A DNA stretch of 64,000 bases. Source: Lysobacterales bacterium. GTDB taxonomy: Bacteria > Pseudomonadota > Gammaproteobacteria > Xanthomonadales > SZUA-5. Both the position numbers and the translations under genes were made by a program. The notes under the pieces are model-generated. The model had not been told where the DNA came from. It searched no databases and saw only the letters and a program-made list of their open reading frames with translations. The stretch's first letter is position 1. Each line of letters starts with the position of its first letter. Shown here piece by piece: positions 17,382 through 26,721 of the stretch. The DNA lies in the NCBI GenBank assembly GCA_022844165.1, contig JALHMH010000017.1, positions 29,573 through 93,572 on the forward strand, read 5' to 3'.

Positions 17382-17931
17382 GCGCAACAACAGTTACCCG
17401 AGCGATGCCAGATGTTTGGAGGTGTTCAATCGCGTCGAAGCACTGATCGAGCGTCGATATGGTATTCCGGTGATCGTCGGCGATGTCAAAGATCCTTTCA
17501 CGGGCGACCTCGATGGCGCCGAAATCCGTATCGACCACGATCTCGATGCAGAAGAAGCCTTGTTCATTCTCGTGCATCTGTTTGGCCACACCGTGCAATG
17601 GAATCTATCCGAACGCGGCCGAACGCTGGGTGTGCAGCAGCCCGATGCCTCGATCAGCGCACAGCGTATGGCCGAGCTCTATCAGTACGAACGCGAAGCC
17701 GCGGAGCTAAGCCTGACGCTGTTCCGTGAAGCTGGCGTCGTCGATCTCGATCAGTGGTTGGCGGACTTCTTCCACTGCGACTGGCGTTATCTTGAGCACT
17801 TCTATCGCACGGGTCAGAAGCGCGAGTTCAAGTCCTTCTGGGAGCAAGATTCGCCGTTGCTGATGCCCATGCCGATTCCACATTTCACGCCCTGCAAGTG
17901 GCGCGGGCGGTGGGATGGCGTGGTGTTGTAA
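17365..17931 (+). CDS. Hypothetical protein, ImmA/IrrE-like zincin with HLFGH in place of HExxH
   Basis: GTG start at 17365 overlaps the upstream gene; IRIDHDLD.EEALFILVHLFGH...YEREA. Confidence 0.6.
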   Translation: MSIITERNNSYPSDARCLEVFNRVEALIERRYGIPVIVGDVKDPFTGDLDGAEIRIDHDLDAEEALFILVHLFGHTVQWNLSERGRTLGVQQPDASISAQRMAELYQYEREAAELSLTLFREAGVVDLDQWLADFFHCDWRYLEHFYRTGQKREFKSFWEQDSPLLMPMPIPHFTPCKWRGRWDGVVL

Positions 17932-17936
17932 GCCGC

Positions 17937-19514
17937 TTACTGCGCCAGCTTCGCGAGCGTCTCCAATCGATCCGCTTCATGAAACGGCTTGTCAGTGCGC
18001 CAGCGCAGGATGCGCGGGAAGCGCACGGCAATGCCGGATTTGTGGCGCGACGAGCGATTGACCCCTTCGAAGGCCAACTCGAATACGTGGAACGCCTGCA
18101 CGCTGCGCACCGGACCGAAACGCTCCAGCGTGTGTGCGCGGATCCAGCGATCGAGTTTGGCGATCTCTTCGTCGTTGAGGCCGGAGTAGGCTTTGGCGAC
18201 TGGCACCAGCTCGTCGCCCTGCCACAGCGCAAAGGTGTAATCGGTGTAGAGATTCGAGCGCCGGCCATGACCCGCTTGAGCGTAGATCAGCACCGCATCG
18301 ATCGTCAGCGGCGCGATCTTCCATTTCCACCAGTCGCCACGACGACGACCGGTGGCATAGGCTGAATTCCAACGCTTCAAGATCAAGCCTTCCACACCGA
18401 GCTCGCGCGCGTTGTTTCGAGCGATCTGCAAGCCAGACCAGTCAGCGCCATCGACCGGTCTGGAAAGACGCAGCGTCGCGCCATCGAGGAGGCCTTCGAG
18501 TCGTTCGCGGCGCTCGCGCAGCGGTTGCTGCCGCAGATCTTTCCCGGCAGCTTCGATCAGGTCATAGGCCATGAATACGACTGGACATTCGGCCAGCGTC
18601 CTGGCGCCCGGTTTGAGCCGACCGATGCGCTTTTGCAGCCGCGAGAAGGGCAGCGGCGCGTCGCCCTCCCAGCCGAGGATTTCGCCGTCGAGAACATGGC
18701 CATTCGGCAACGCTGCCGCGGCGCGTTCGATCTCCGGAAAGCGCCCGTCGAGCCGCTCCTCGCCGCGCGACCAAAGACGCACGCCATCGCGCACGATCAG
18801 CTGTGCGCGGATGCCGTCCCATTTCCATTCGGCCAGCCAGTCGCCAGCCGGCCCTAGCGACTCGGGCGCCTGTTCCAGTGGCGAGGCGAGAAAGAACGGA
18901 TACGGCTTGTCGGCATCGATCGCCACCTCGCCTGGCGCGACAAGTTGCTGGAACGCTTGTGCCGTCGGTTGAAAATCGCCGCTCAATCGGTGCGAAATGA
19001 GATCGCCAGCCTGGCCACTCAACCGGGCCAGGGCTTGTACGACGAGCAGGCGCGACACGCCAACGCGCAAGCCGCCAGTGAGCAGCTTGTTGACGACAAA
19101 GCGCTCGCGATCGGCGAATGTGCGCCACCAGCCTTGAACGATTGCGCCTTGCGCATCGGGCGGCAACTTCGCCAAAGGCAACAGCTCGTGAGCAACGAAG
19201 CCGGCCAGACTCAACTCCGGTTGTGCGGCGGTCGGATGGCGTTGCGTCAGCAGCGTTATCGTTTCGGCCAGGTCGCCGACATGAGCGTAGGTGTCGTCGA
19301 TCAGCCAGTCGGGCAGGGCGCTGACGTCGATCAGCCATTGCCGCAAGTCGTTGGCGCGCACCAGCCGTTTGATGCGTCCGCCCGTTAGCCAATGCACTGC
19401 CCACGCCGCATCATCGGCTGGCGCTGCCTGAAAATAGTCGACCAAGGCAGCAACCTTGTCGCTGGTCCCCGTGGATTGATCGAGACGCGCATAGAGTGCG
19501 GCGAAGGCTCTCAC
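17937..19514 (-). CDS. ATP-dependent DNA ligase
   Basis: Adenylation motif EWKWDGIRAQ, LDGE, EGLILK, WWKWK; OB-fold VFELAF...VRFPR. Confidence 0.95.
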   Translation of the reverse strand: MRAFAALYARLDQSTGTSDKVAALVDYFQAAPADDAAWAVHWLTGGRIKRLVRANDLRQWLIDVSALPDWLIDDTYAHVGDLAETITLLTQRHPTAAQPELSLAGFVAHELLPLAKLPPDAQGAIVQGWWRTFADRERFVVNKLLTGGLRVGVSRLLVVQALARLSGQAGDLISHRLSGDFQPTAQAFQQLVAPGEVAIDADKPYPFFLASPLEQAPESLGPAGDWLAEWKWDGIRAQLIVRDGVRLWSRGEERLDGRFPEIERAAAALPNGHVLDGEILGWEGDAPLPFSRLQKRIGRLKPGARTLAECPVVFMAYDLIEAAGKDLRQQPLRERRERLEGLLDGATLRLSRPVDGADWSGLQIARNNARELGVEGLILKRWNSAYATGRRRGDWWKWKIAPLTIDAVLIYAQAGHGRRSNLYTDYTFALWQGDELVPVAKAYSGLNDEEIAKLDRWIRAHTLERFGPVRSVQAFHVFELAFEGVNRSSRHKSGIAVRFPRILRWRTDKPFHEADRLETLAKLAQ

Positions 19515-20512
19515 GAGTCGTCGCCACCGAACTCGGTCTTCAGCGCCGCCGCAACGACGCCGCGATCATTGAGATAACGCACCAGCGAATCGGTGCTGCC
19601 ATGAGTGGCCAGGACTCGTCGTGCGCCAGACTCTTCCACCGTGCGAATCAACCCCGGCCAATCGCTGTGGTCAGAAACGACGAATCCACGATCGTAGCCG
19701 CGGCGTCGGCGATTGCCGCGAATCTGCATCCAGCCTGAGGCGAATGCAGTGGACGCGCTATTGAAGCGTCGCATCCATGGCGAGCCGGCCGCCGAAGGTG
19801 GTGCCAGGATCAGTTCGCCCGAGAAATCGCGTGCGCGTTTGCTGTCGCCGACGGGCTCACCGGGCAACATGCGGATGTTGGCGTCGCGATAACGCTCGAC
19901 CAGTGGCGTCATCGCACCATGCAGAAACACCGTGCGGTCAACGCGCTCGGCCAGCTCTGCGAGCAGGCGCTGCGCTTTGCCCAGCGCGTAACAGAACATC
20001 ACCGCCGGCACGTGCTCGCGGGCGCACTGATCCCACCAGTCGAGCACTTCATCGACGACCTCGTGCATCGCCGGCCAGCGATAGCAGGGCAGGCCGAAGG
20101 TCGCCTCCGTGATCAGCGTATCGCAGCGTACAACATCGAACGGCGTGCACGTTGGATCGGCATCGCGCTTGAAGTCGCCGGTCACAACCCAAACTTCACC
20201 ATCGACCTCGATGCGCACCTGGCTTGATCCCAAGATGTGACCAGCACTGTGCAGCGAAACACGCGCATCGCCCAGTACGAAGGTTTCTCCGTAACCATGC
20301 CCGACGATGTGCGCCGATGCCCCGAGCCGATGCTGCAGCAATCCCAGGCCCGATTCGGCAGCGTGATAGCGCACCGAACCGGAGCGGGCGTGATCGGCGT
20401 GACCGTGCGTCAGCACCGCGCAGTCGACGCCGCGCCACGGATCGATGTAGAAGTCGCCCCGCGGGCAGTACATGCCCTCCGGGCGCAGGATCACCAGGTC
20501 GTCGCGGCGCAC
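19511..20512 (-). CDS. Ligase-associated DNA damage response exonuclease (metallo-beta-lactamase/beta-CASP)
   Basis: THGHADHAR, AGHILGS, GDFK, EATFG, YALGKAQR, SDHSDW, THG; GTGA-coupled to the ligase. Confidence 0.92.
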   Translation of the reverse strand: MRRDDLVILRPEGMYCPRGDFYIDPWRGVDCAVLTHGHADHARSGSVRYHAAESGLGLLQHRLGASAHIVGHGYGETFVLGDARVSLHSAGHILGSSQVRIEVDGEVWVVTGDFKRDADPTCTPFDVVRCDTLITEATFGLPCYRWPAMHEVVDEVLDWWDQCAREHVPAVMFCYALGKAQRLLAELAERVDRTVFLHGAMTPLVERYRDANIRMLPGEPVGDSKRARDFSGELILAPPSAAGSPWMRRFNSASTAFASGWMQIRGNRRRRGYDRGFVVSDHSDWPGLIRTVEESGARRVLATHGSTDSLVRYLNDRGVVAAALKTEFGGDDS

Positions 20513-20657
20513 GTTCGACGAATGCCTCAGTCACGGTGAGTCGAGCATGGTAGAAGCATGACGGCATAGGGGCAAGCGCTGCCTGCGCGGGCGTCTGAAC
20601 ATCTTCTCGGCATTCCCAGCGATAGTATCTGCGTCAGCTTACGGACGAATCCGAACT

Positions 20658-21560
20658 ATGGCCCCGGAAACAACAGCGCTGCCCGATGTGGCGCAGCAAC
20701 TCAGCACGCACGGCTGCGGACTCGCTTGGGTCGGTATGTCCGATATCGAATTGCCGGTGCGCATCGATGATGTTCGTCAATCGGCGCGCGCGGATGCCTT
20801 CGTCGATCTGGTACCCGGCGCGCGCGGCATTCACATGTCGCGGCTGTACTTGCATCTGGACGAGCGCCTCGGCGATCAGCCGCTGTCACCCGCGTTGATA
20901 GGAGCAACGCTGGAGGATTTCTTGTCGTCGCATCGCGACTTAAGCACACGCGCGAAGCTGGGTTTGCGATTTGCGTGGATGACACGGCGTTCGGCGCTGG
21001 TCAGCGACAAGAGCGGCTGGCGCAGTTATCCGGTGGCTTTACACGCAACGCTTGATGGTCAGTCATTTTCGTTGGTTCTGGAAACGCACGTCAGCTATTC
21101 CAGCACCTGCCCATGTTCGGCGGCGCTGGCGCGGCGCTTGATTCAACAGCAGTTCGATACCGATTTCGCCAGACCCTTGCGCCATGACGAAGTGCGCGAG
21201 TGGTTGGGTAGCGAGCGCGGCATCGGCGCAACGCCGCACAGCCAGCGCAGCACTTTAACGGCGCGCGTGGCGCTCAGCGGCAACGAATTGCCGATGGCGG
21301 CGATCGTCGACGCGCTGGAAAAGGCGCTGGCGACGCCAGTCCAGACGGCCGTCAAGCGTGAGGACGAACAGGCTTTCGCGCGATTGAACGGCAGCAACCT
21401 GATGTTCTGCGAAGACGCCGCACGACGCGCGTTCGAGGCGCTCGATCGTCTGCCGTTCGCCGCCGATTTTTGGCTGCGCGCCGCGCACCACGAAAGCCTG
21501 CATCCGCACGATGCCGTGGCGGTCGCTGTCAAGGGCGTCGCTGGGGGCTTTTCGCCCTGA
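20658..21560 (+). CDS. folE2: GTP cyclohydrolase IB
   Basis: LPDVA, RGIHMSRL, SSTCPCS, TPHSQRS, VKREDE, FCEDAAR, ESLHPHDA. Confidence 0.95.
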   Translation: MAPETTALPDVAQQLSTHGCGLAWVGMSDIELPVRIDDVRQSARADAFVDLVPGARGIHMSRLYLHLDERLGDQPLSPALIGATLEDFLSSHRDLSTRAKLGLRFAWMTRRSALVSDKSGWRSYPVALHATLDGQSFSLVLETHVSYSSTCPCSAALARRLIQQQFDTDFARPLRHDEVREWLGSERGIGATPHSQRSTLTARVALSGNELPMAAIVDALEKALATPVQTAVKREDEQAFARLNGSNLMFCEDAARRAFEALDRLPFAADFWLRAAHHESLHPHDAVAVAVKGVAGGFSP

Positions 21561-21575
21561 GCAACGAATTCGAAC

Positions 21576-22022
21576 TTAGAGTGAGTGGACAGCCGCCCAT
21601 TCCCCGGCCGTGACTGGAATCACCGAGAGGCGATTGCCGCGTTTGACCAGCGGCATGTGGGACAAGGCCTCGACCGTCTTCAGAACGTCCAGGGTGAGCG
21701 GCTTTTGCAGTTTCCGCACGAACGCGACTTCGACGGCCGACCAGCGCGGTGTCTCCAGCGGACTGGTTGGATCGAAGTAATCGCTATCGGGATTGAACTG
21801 AGTGGGGTCGGCAAAAGCGGTCTTGCTGATATTCGCTACGCCAACAATGCCCGGTGCCGCGCAGCTCGAATGATAAAAGAGCACCTCGTCGCCGAGCGCC
21901 ATCGAGCGCAGGTAATTGCGCGCCTGGAAATTGCGCACGCCATCCCACGTCTCTCTCTTCTTGCGTTTCAGATCGTCGATGGAAAACACATCTGGTTCGG
22001 ATTTCATCAGCCAATAGGCCAT
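21576..22022 (-). CDS. EVE domain protein
   Basis: YWLMKSEPDVFS, WDGVRNFQARN, FYHS, RLSVIPV. Confidence 0.93.
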   Translation of the reverse strand: MAYWLMKSEPDVFSIDDLKRKKRETWDGVRNFQARNYLRSMALGDEVLFYHSSCAAPGIVGVANISKTAFADPTQFNPDSDYFDPTSPLETPRWSAVEVAFVRKLQKPLTLDVLKTVEALSHMPLVKRGNRLSVIPVTAGEWAAVHSL

Positions 22023-22061
22023 AGTCAGTATTCCTCTGGATCGACGTTAGCCAGCAGGCCG

Positions 22062-22643
22062 TCAGGATGTTCTTCGGATCATTTGTGTTTCGGTGATGAT
22101 CAGATCTAGCGGCACATCCCAGGCGGCGCTGGGGATCGAATCGACTTCTTGGCAATCGAAGGCGCAGCCGATCAACCGTGGATTGCCGGGATCCGATCGC
22201 CGATGTTGCAGAGCGCGATCATAAAACCCCGCGCCAGATCCAAGTCGATGTGCGTTTTTGTCGAACGCGACGAGCGGCACAACAATGGCGTCGAGCGCCT
22301 CGGCGTGGACACATTCGTCGATCCCCGCGATCGGTTCGAGAATGCCGAACGCGTTGGGCTGAAGATGCCGGGGTTCGCCGCGCCAGCGGGCGAAAATCAA
22401 ACTGCGGTGACTGTCGATCTTCGGCAGGTAAACGTGGCGTCCTGCGGCGAGCAGTGATTCGAGCGTCGACGCCAGGGACAGCTCGCTGGCGATCGCAACA
22501 TAGGCGGCAATCTGCGAGTGAGCAGCAAGGGTGGCTATGACGCGTCGATGGATGCTTGCGGTTGCTGCATCGCGAACAGGGCCTGAAAACGCGCGCCGCC
22601 TTTGTCGGGCCTGCTGTCGCAAGATTGCGCGCTGGTCTGTCAA
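22062..22643 (-). CDS. ygfA: 5-formyltetrahydrofolate cyclo-ligase
   Basis: FGILEP, VPLVAFD, RLGSGAGFYDR, WDVPLD; conserved position downstream of 6S RNA. Confidence 0.92.
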   Translation of the reverse strand: MTDQRAILRQQARQRRRAFSGPVRDAATASIHRRVIATLAAHSQIAAYVAIASELSLASTLESLLAAGRHVYLPKIDSHRSLIFARWRGEPRHLQPNAFGILEPIAGIDECVHAEALDAIVVPLVAFDKNAHRLGSGAGFYDRALQHRRSDPGNPRLIGCAFDCQEVDSIPSAAWDVPLDLIITETQMIRRTS

Positions 22644-22650
22644 AAAAGGG

Positions 22651-22834
22651 GTCCTCCGCCAATGCCGATGCGTGTCAAGCGACCTTGATCCTTCGGATCA
22701 GGTGGGAAGATAGATGGCCGCTAAAGGCGGTCCGCATAAAGCGGACATGCACATACACGGCACGGAACTCTTCCCGGGGTCGAACAACAGGGTCAAGGTA
22801 TATTGCGGACGCGCTGTCGAACAACGCAGAGGAC
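22651..22834 (-). ncRNA. ssrS: 6S RNA
   Basis: 184 nt between zapA and ygfA, the canonical locus. Termini GTCCTC / GAGGAC are complementary, and internal CCTTGA...TCAAGG pairing fits the rod structure. Confidence 0.9.
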
Positions 22835-22840
22835 GCTCTA

Positions 22841-23134
22841 CTATCTTACGTGACTTGCGAGTGCTGCCTCAAGCTTCGCATTCATTTTGCGCAGTTCCTC
22901 ACCCACATCGCTTCCGACACGACTCAACTCCTGCTTCTGCTGCAAGGACTCGAACGCGATATTCAGCGCGGCCATGACCGCAATGCGTTCCAGTCCAACG
23001 AGTTTGGCGCTACCGCGAACTTCGCGCATTTTCCCGTCCAGATAGGCTGCGGCTTGCACCAGGCCATCGCGTTCTTCCGGTGAACACGCCACAGCGTACT
23101 CGCGATCCAGAATCGTCAGGTTCACAGCGCTCAT
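22841..23134 (-). CDS. zapA: Cell division protein ZapA
   Basis: VNLTILDREYAVAC...AAYLDGKMRE...ERIAVMAALN. Confidence 0.93.
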   Translation of the reverse strand: MSAVNLTILDREYAVACSPEERDGLVQAAAYLDGKMREVRGSAKLVGLERIAVMAALNIAFESLQQKQELSRVGSDVGEELRKMNAKLEAALASHVR

Positions 23135-23352
23135 TCGGCCTGCTCCATGGCTTTCAAGCGGGTGATCATCGCCTCGACACGGCTTCGAGCCTGCTCGTTT
23201 TTTTGCAGAAGTTGAGCGCGTTCGCCCGCAAGCTGCTCTTGCGCTGCACGAAGGCGGATGTTTTCGTCGCGCAGGCTGGCGTGCGCGCGCAATAGTTCGT
23301 CGAGACGGTTCGACAATGCCGACAACTCGCTGGACACTTTGCTCTCCACCAT
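23131..23352 (-). CDS. TIGR02449 family (ZapB-like) coiled-coil protein
   Basis: L..RLDELL...L.DEN..LR...KNEQARSRVEAMITRLKAME; ATGA-coupled to zapA. Confidence 0.85.
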   Translation of the reverse strand: MVESKVSSELSALSNRLDELLRAHASLRDENIRLRAAQEQLAGERAQLLQKNEQARSRVEAMITRLKAMEQAE

Positions 23353-23431
23353 GCACGCACCGCAGGTCTTCGACGCTGATTTCTCGTCCTGCGCGCGAAT
23401 ATAGCCCGTCATCTCGAAAAATTGTCGTCTC

Positions 23432-24994
23432 ATGCCGTTGCGCAATCTAATTCTGGTCCTGGGTGACCAACTCGATCCTGACAGCGCGGCCTTTGATGCC
23501 TTCGATGTACAACAGGATGCGGTCTGGATGGCGGAAGTGCGAGAGGAGGCAACGCATGTCTGGTCGCATAAGGCACGAATCGCGCTGTTCCTGAGTGCAA
23601 TGCGGCACTTCGCCCAGGCGCTGCGCGAGCGCAACGTTGCGGTCCACTATCGGCGCCTGGAAGAACACGACTCGACTTCTTTGCAAGACGCATTGATGGT
23701 GGATCTTGCGTGGCTAAAGCCAATACAGGTGATCGTCGTTGAGCCGGGCGACTTTCGTGTTCGCGAACAGGTGGTTCGTGCGGTCCAGAGCGTTGATTTA
23801 ATCTTGAAGATTCGCCAGGACCGCCATTTTCTCGTCACTCTCGATGCGTTTCGTGCCTGGGCGCGCGGCCGTCGGGAATTTCGGCTCGAGCACTTCTATC
23901 GGCATTTTCGCCGAGTCCACAACGTCCTGATGGAAGATGGACAGCCGATAGGTGGACAGTGGAACTTCGACCAGCAGAACCGAGGCGCATTCGATGCGCG
24001 TGGTCCCGGCGCCCTGGCAGCGCCCATTCGATTTCTTCCCGACGCAATCACCACAAAGGTGCTCGCGTTGGTTGCCAGTCACTATGCCGACCACCCCGGC
24101 GATCTGGAGTGCTTTGATTGGCCAGTTACGCCCGCGATGGCGCGCGATGCGCTCAACGATTTCCTAGCCCATCGGTTGATCGCCTTTGGCCAGTACCAGG
24201 ACGCGATGTGGAGCAACGAGCCATGGCTTTATCACTCGCGCCTCTCGGCAGCGCTCAATCTCAAGCTCATTTCACCGCGCGAAGTGATTGATGCGGTCGA
24301 GCAGGCGTGGCGGGATGGCCTGGCGCCCATTGCCGCTGCCGAGGGTTTCATCCGACAAATCCTTGGCTGGCGGGAATATGTGAGGGGACTCTACTGGATG
24401 CGAATGCCGCAGTATCTTGCCGACAACGCGCTCGATGCTCAGGAACCGCTGCCAGCGTTTTATTGGAACGGCCAGGTCGATATGCACTGCATGAAGCAGA
24501 CCATCGATCAGACGCTCAAATATGGGTACGCACATCACATCCAGCGACTCATGATCACCGGTTTGTATGCGCTTCTCTACGGCGTGCGACCCGCCCAGAT
24601 CCATGCCTGGTATCTGGCCGTGTACGTCGATGCGGTGGAGTGGGTCGAACTGCCGAATACGATCGGTATGAGCCAATATGCCGATGGCGGTGTTATGGCC
24701 AGCAAACCCTACTGTGCCAGTGGCAAATATATCAATCGCATGAGCAATTATTGTGTTTCGTGCCGCTACAAGCCCGCCAAAGCGATCGGCATTGATGCCT
24801 GCCCGTTTACCACACTGTATTGGGATTTTCTGCTGCGACACGCAGCACGTTTCGCGCGACATCCGCGCACTGCGCTGCAATGGAAAAATCTGGGGCGGCT
24901 TGGCGAGGGCGAGCGCGCCGCGATTCGGGCGCAAGCCGCAGCCTTACGGCGCGAACCGGCTTTGGCCGAGAATCGAACGAATCCGCAGCGTTGA
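23432..24994 (+). CDS. FeS-type bacterial cryptochrome/(6-4) photolyase (PhrB/CryB class)
   Basis: LILVLGDQL, GGQWNFD..NR, FGQYQDAM, RQILGWREY, AHHIQRLM, four Cys (MHC, NYCVSC, ACPF). Confidence 0.92.
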   Translation: MPLRNLILVLGDQLDPDSAAFDAFDVQQDAVWMAEVREEATHVWSHKARIALFLSAMRHFAQALRERNVAVHYRRLEEHDSTSLQDALMVDLAWLKPIQVIVVEPGDFRVREQVVRAVQSVDLILKIRQDRHFLVTLDAFRAWARGRREFRLEHFYRHFRRVHNVLMEDGQPIGGQWNFDQQNRGAFDARGPGALAAPIRFLPDAITTKVLALVASHYADHPGDLECFDWPVTPAMARDALNDFLAHRLIAFGQYQDAMWSNEPWLYHSRLSAALNLKLISPREVIDAVEQAWRDGLAPIAAAEGFIRQILGWREYVRGLYWMRMPQYLADNALDAQEPLPAFYWNGQVDMHCMKQTIDQTLKYGYAHHIQRLMITGLYALLYGVRPAQIHAWYLAVYVDAVEWVELPNTIGMSQYADGGVMASKPYCASGKYINRMSNYCVSCRYKPAKAIGIDACPFTTLYWDFLLRHAARFARHPRTALQWKNLGRLGEGERAAIRAQAAALRREPALAENRTNPQR

Positions 24995-25020
24995 TCCGTT
25001 TCTTGGGCCTTCGCAGCGCT

Positions 25021-25407
25021 TTACGCTTCAACTTTGCTGTCGGTCGCGAAATCAGCGGCGGTCAGTGGTGTCAGGCCATGCCGGTGTCGTGCCTTGTCGC
25101 ATTGAGGACTATGCGTCTTGCCGTCTTCGAAACTCGGTTTCAAGTCTCTGCACGGAGAAGGCCGTTGCTCATAGATACCGCACCAGGCATGGTCGCCGAT
25201 CGATCCTTGCAGTAGTTCGCAGCGCGGCTCGGGACAATCCGTACCGCGCATCGCGACTCGATGTGGATCGAGTTTCTGGGTCCATTCGACGGGAACGGCT
25301 TGGGTGTCCTCTGTCGTCGGATGTGCGATGGTCTCCAGCCAGTGAAAAGCGACCCTGAAGGTGGCGCAGCATGCCCCGCAACGCAGACATGGATGGAGCA
25401 CGCTCAC
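25021..25407 (-). CDS. YkgJ family cysteine-cluster protein
   Basis: CLRCGACC, RC, CGIYEQRPSPCR, CDKAR. Confidence 0.9.
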   Translation of the reverse strand: MSVLHPCLRCGACCATFRVAFHWLETIAHPTTEDTQAVPVEWTQKLDPHRVAMRGTDCPEPRCELLQGSIGDHAWCGIYEQRPSPCRDLKPSFEDGKTHSPQCDKARHRHGLTPLTAADFATDSKVEA

Positions 25408-25835
25408 GTCTCCAGCGTGGCGTGCATCGAGATCGAAAGGTCCAGAACTCGCGAAATCGGGCAGTTCGCTTTGGCGTCGGCTGCGATCGTCGCGAATCGT
25501 TCCGCGTCGATGCCTGGAACACGAGCGCGAGTGACGATATCGGAACGCGTCAGCTTCAGGCCTTTTTCGTCGCGTTCGATGTGAATGGTGACCTCGGTAG
25601 CGATTTCTTCAGCCTTAAATCCGGCGTTCTGCAATTGAAAGGACAGTGCCATCGAAAAACAGCCCGCGTGAGCGGCGGCCACTAATTCCTCTGGGTTTGT
25701 GCCATTGGCATCGCCAAAGCGCGTAGCAAAAGAGTAGGGCGTGTTGTTCAAGGCGCCGCCCGGCGCGCTCATGCGGCCGCTGCCGGCTTGGATGTCGCCG
25801 TTCCATACGGCGCTGGCCTTACGTTTGAGCATCAT
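25404..25835 (-). CDS. osmC: OsmC family peroxiredoxin
   Basis: YSFATRF, GTNPEELVAAAHAGCFSMAL, AKANCPIS. Confidence 0.92.
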   Translation of the reverse strand: MMLKRKASAVWNGDIQAGSGRMSAPGGALNNTPYSFATRFGDANGTNPEELVAAAHAGCFSMALSFQLQNAGFKAEEIATEVTIHIERDEKGLKLTRSDIVTRARVPGIDAERFATIAADAKANCPISRVLDLSISMHATLET

Positions 25836-25869
25836 GTCGCTCCAGATAGATCCGGGGAAGTCGACGATT

Positions 25870-26721
25870 CTAACGAGGTTCGCTTTCCAGAAATGCGTTG
25901 AATTCGGCGCATCTCGCGGCCAGATTGTGTGCATTGGCCGTCAGCGGCTCGCCGCCGGTGACGTTGAGCGGGCGCGCGCGGGGGAAAAATGGCATCAGGT
26001 CGCCACTGGCCAGCACAGGAATCTGGACGGAACTGAGCCGTTGCAACAGTGGATAGTCCAGTGCTGCACGTAGCAACGCACCTGCACGATTGAGAGACTT
26101 GAGCACTTCCAGGGCCTTGATATGCAGTAGCTCCGGGGAGGGCATGTCCATCATGCGACGATGCGCGGCATCGCGCGCGTACCATGGGTAAAACAAGTAC
26201 TGGTCGCGCACCAGATGCCAGACCTCATGGAACTGCGTTCCCATCCAGTCGATGCGGAATTCCGGGATGTATCGTTGCGCCAGTTCCGCCGCTTGATCGG
26301 CGCTGGCGACGGCCACGCCGTCAAGGATCAGCGCTTTGGCCCGGCTCGGATTTTGACACGCCATCTCCACTGCGACCCGCGCGCCCGCCAAGGTGCCGTA
26401 AATGGCGCATTCACTGATTCGCGCCGCATCCAGCGCGGACCACAGTACGTTCGCATGACGATCGATGGCGGCTGGCATCGGTGCAGAATCGCCCATGCCG
26501 GGCAGGTCGATGGCGATGACGCGGCGCTGTTCGCTCAGCAATTGCGCCAATGGCAGCAACATTCGTGCGCTGCCCGGTGCGGCGTGCAGCATCAGGAGCG
26601 GTATTGCGGCGCCGCGACGGTGTCCAAACGCCGGTGCCGAGTCGGACACGCCGTCGCCCGCGTGGGTCGAATCCCACGCGTGCAACTGGCCTTCTGGCAA
26701 GTCGATGAAGCGTCGTCTCAT
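25870..26721 (-). CDS. Alpha/beta hydrolase fold protein with a non-canonical nucleophile elbow (GTLAG)
   Basis: LLMLHAAPGS, VIAIDLPGMGDS, YGTLAGARVA. Confidence 0.75.
   Translation of the reverse strand: MRRRFIDLPEGQLHAWDSTHAGDGVSDSAPAFGHRRGAAIPLLMLHAAPGSARMLLPLAQLLSEQRRVIAIDLPGMGDSAPMPAAIDRHANVLWSALDAARISECAIYGTLAGARVAVEMACQNPSRAKALILDGVAVASADQAAELAQRYIPEFRIDWMGTQFHEVWHLVRDQYLFYPWYARDAAHRRMMDMPSPELLHIKALEVLKSLNRAGALLRAALDYPLLQRLSSVQIPVLASGDLMPFFPRARPLNVTGGEPLTANAHNLAARCAEFNAFLESEPR

Noticed and set aside
20513-20657. Possible Zur box upstream of folE2
   Set aside because: No AT-rich Zur-type palindrome is visible.
15626-22643. Clustering of pterin/folate genes (pteridine reductase, folE2, ygfA) as a novel pathway
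   Set aside because: They lie in different operons and orientations, separated by unrelated genes, and ygfA is fixed by the 6S RNA locus.
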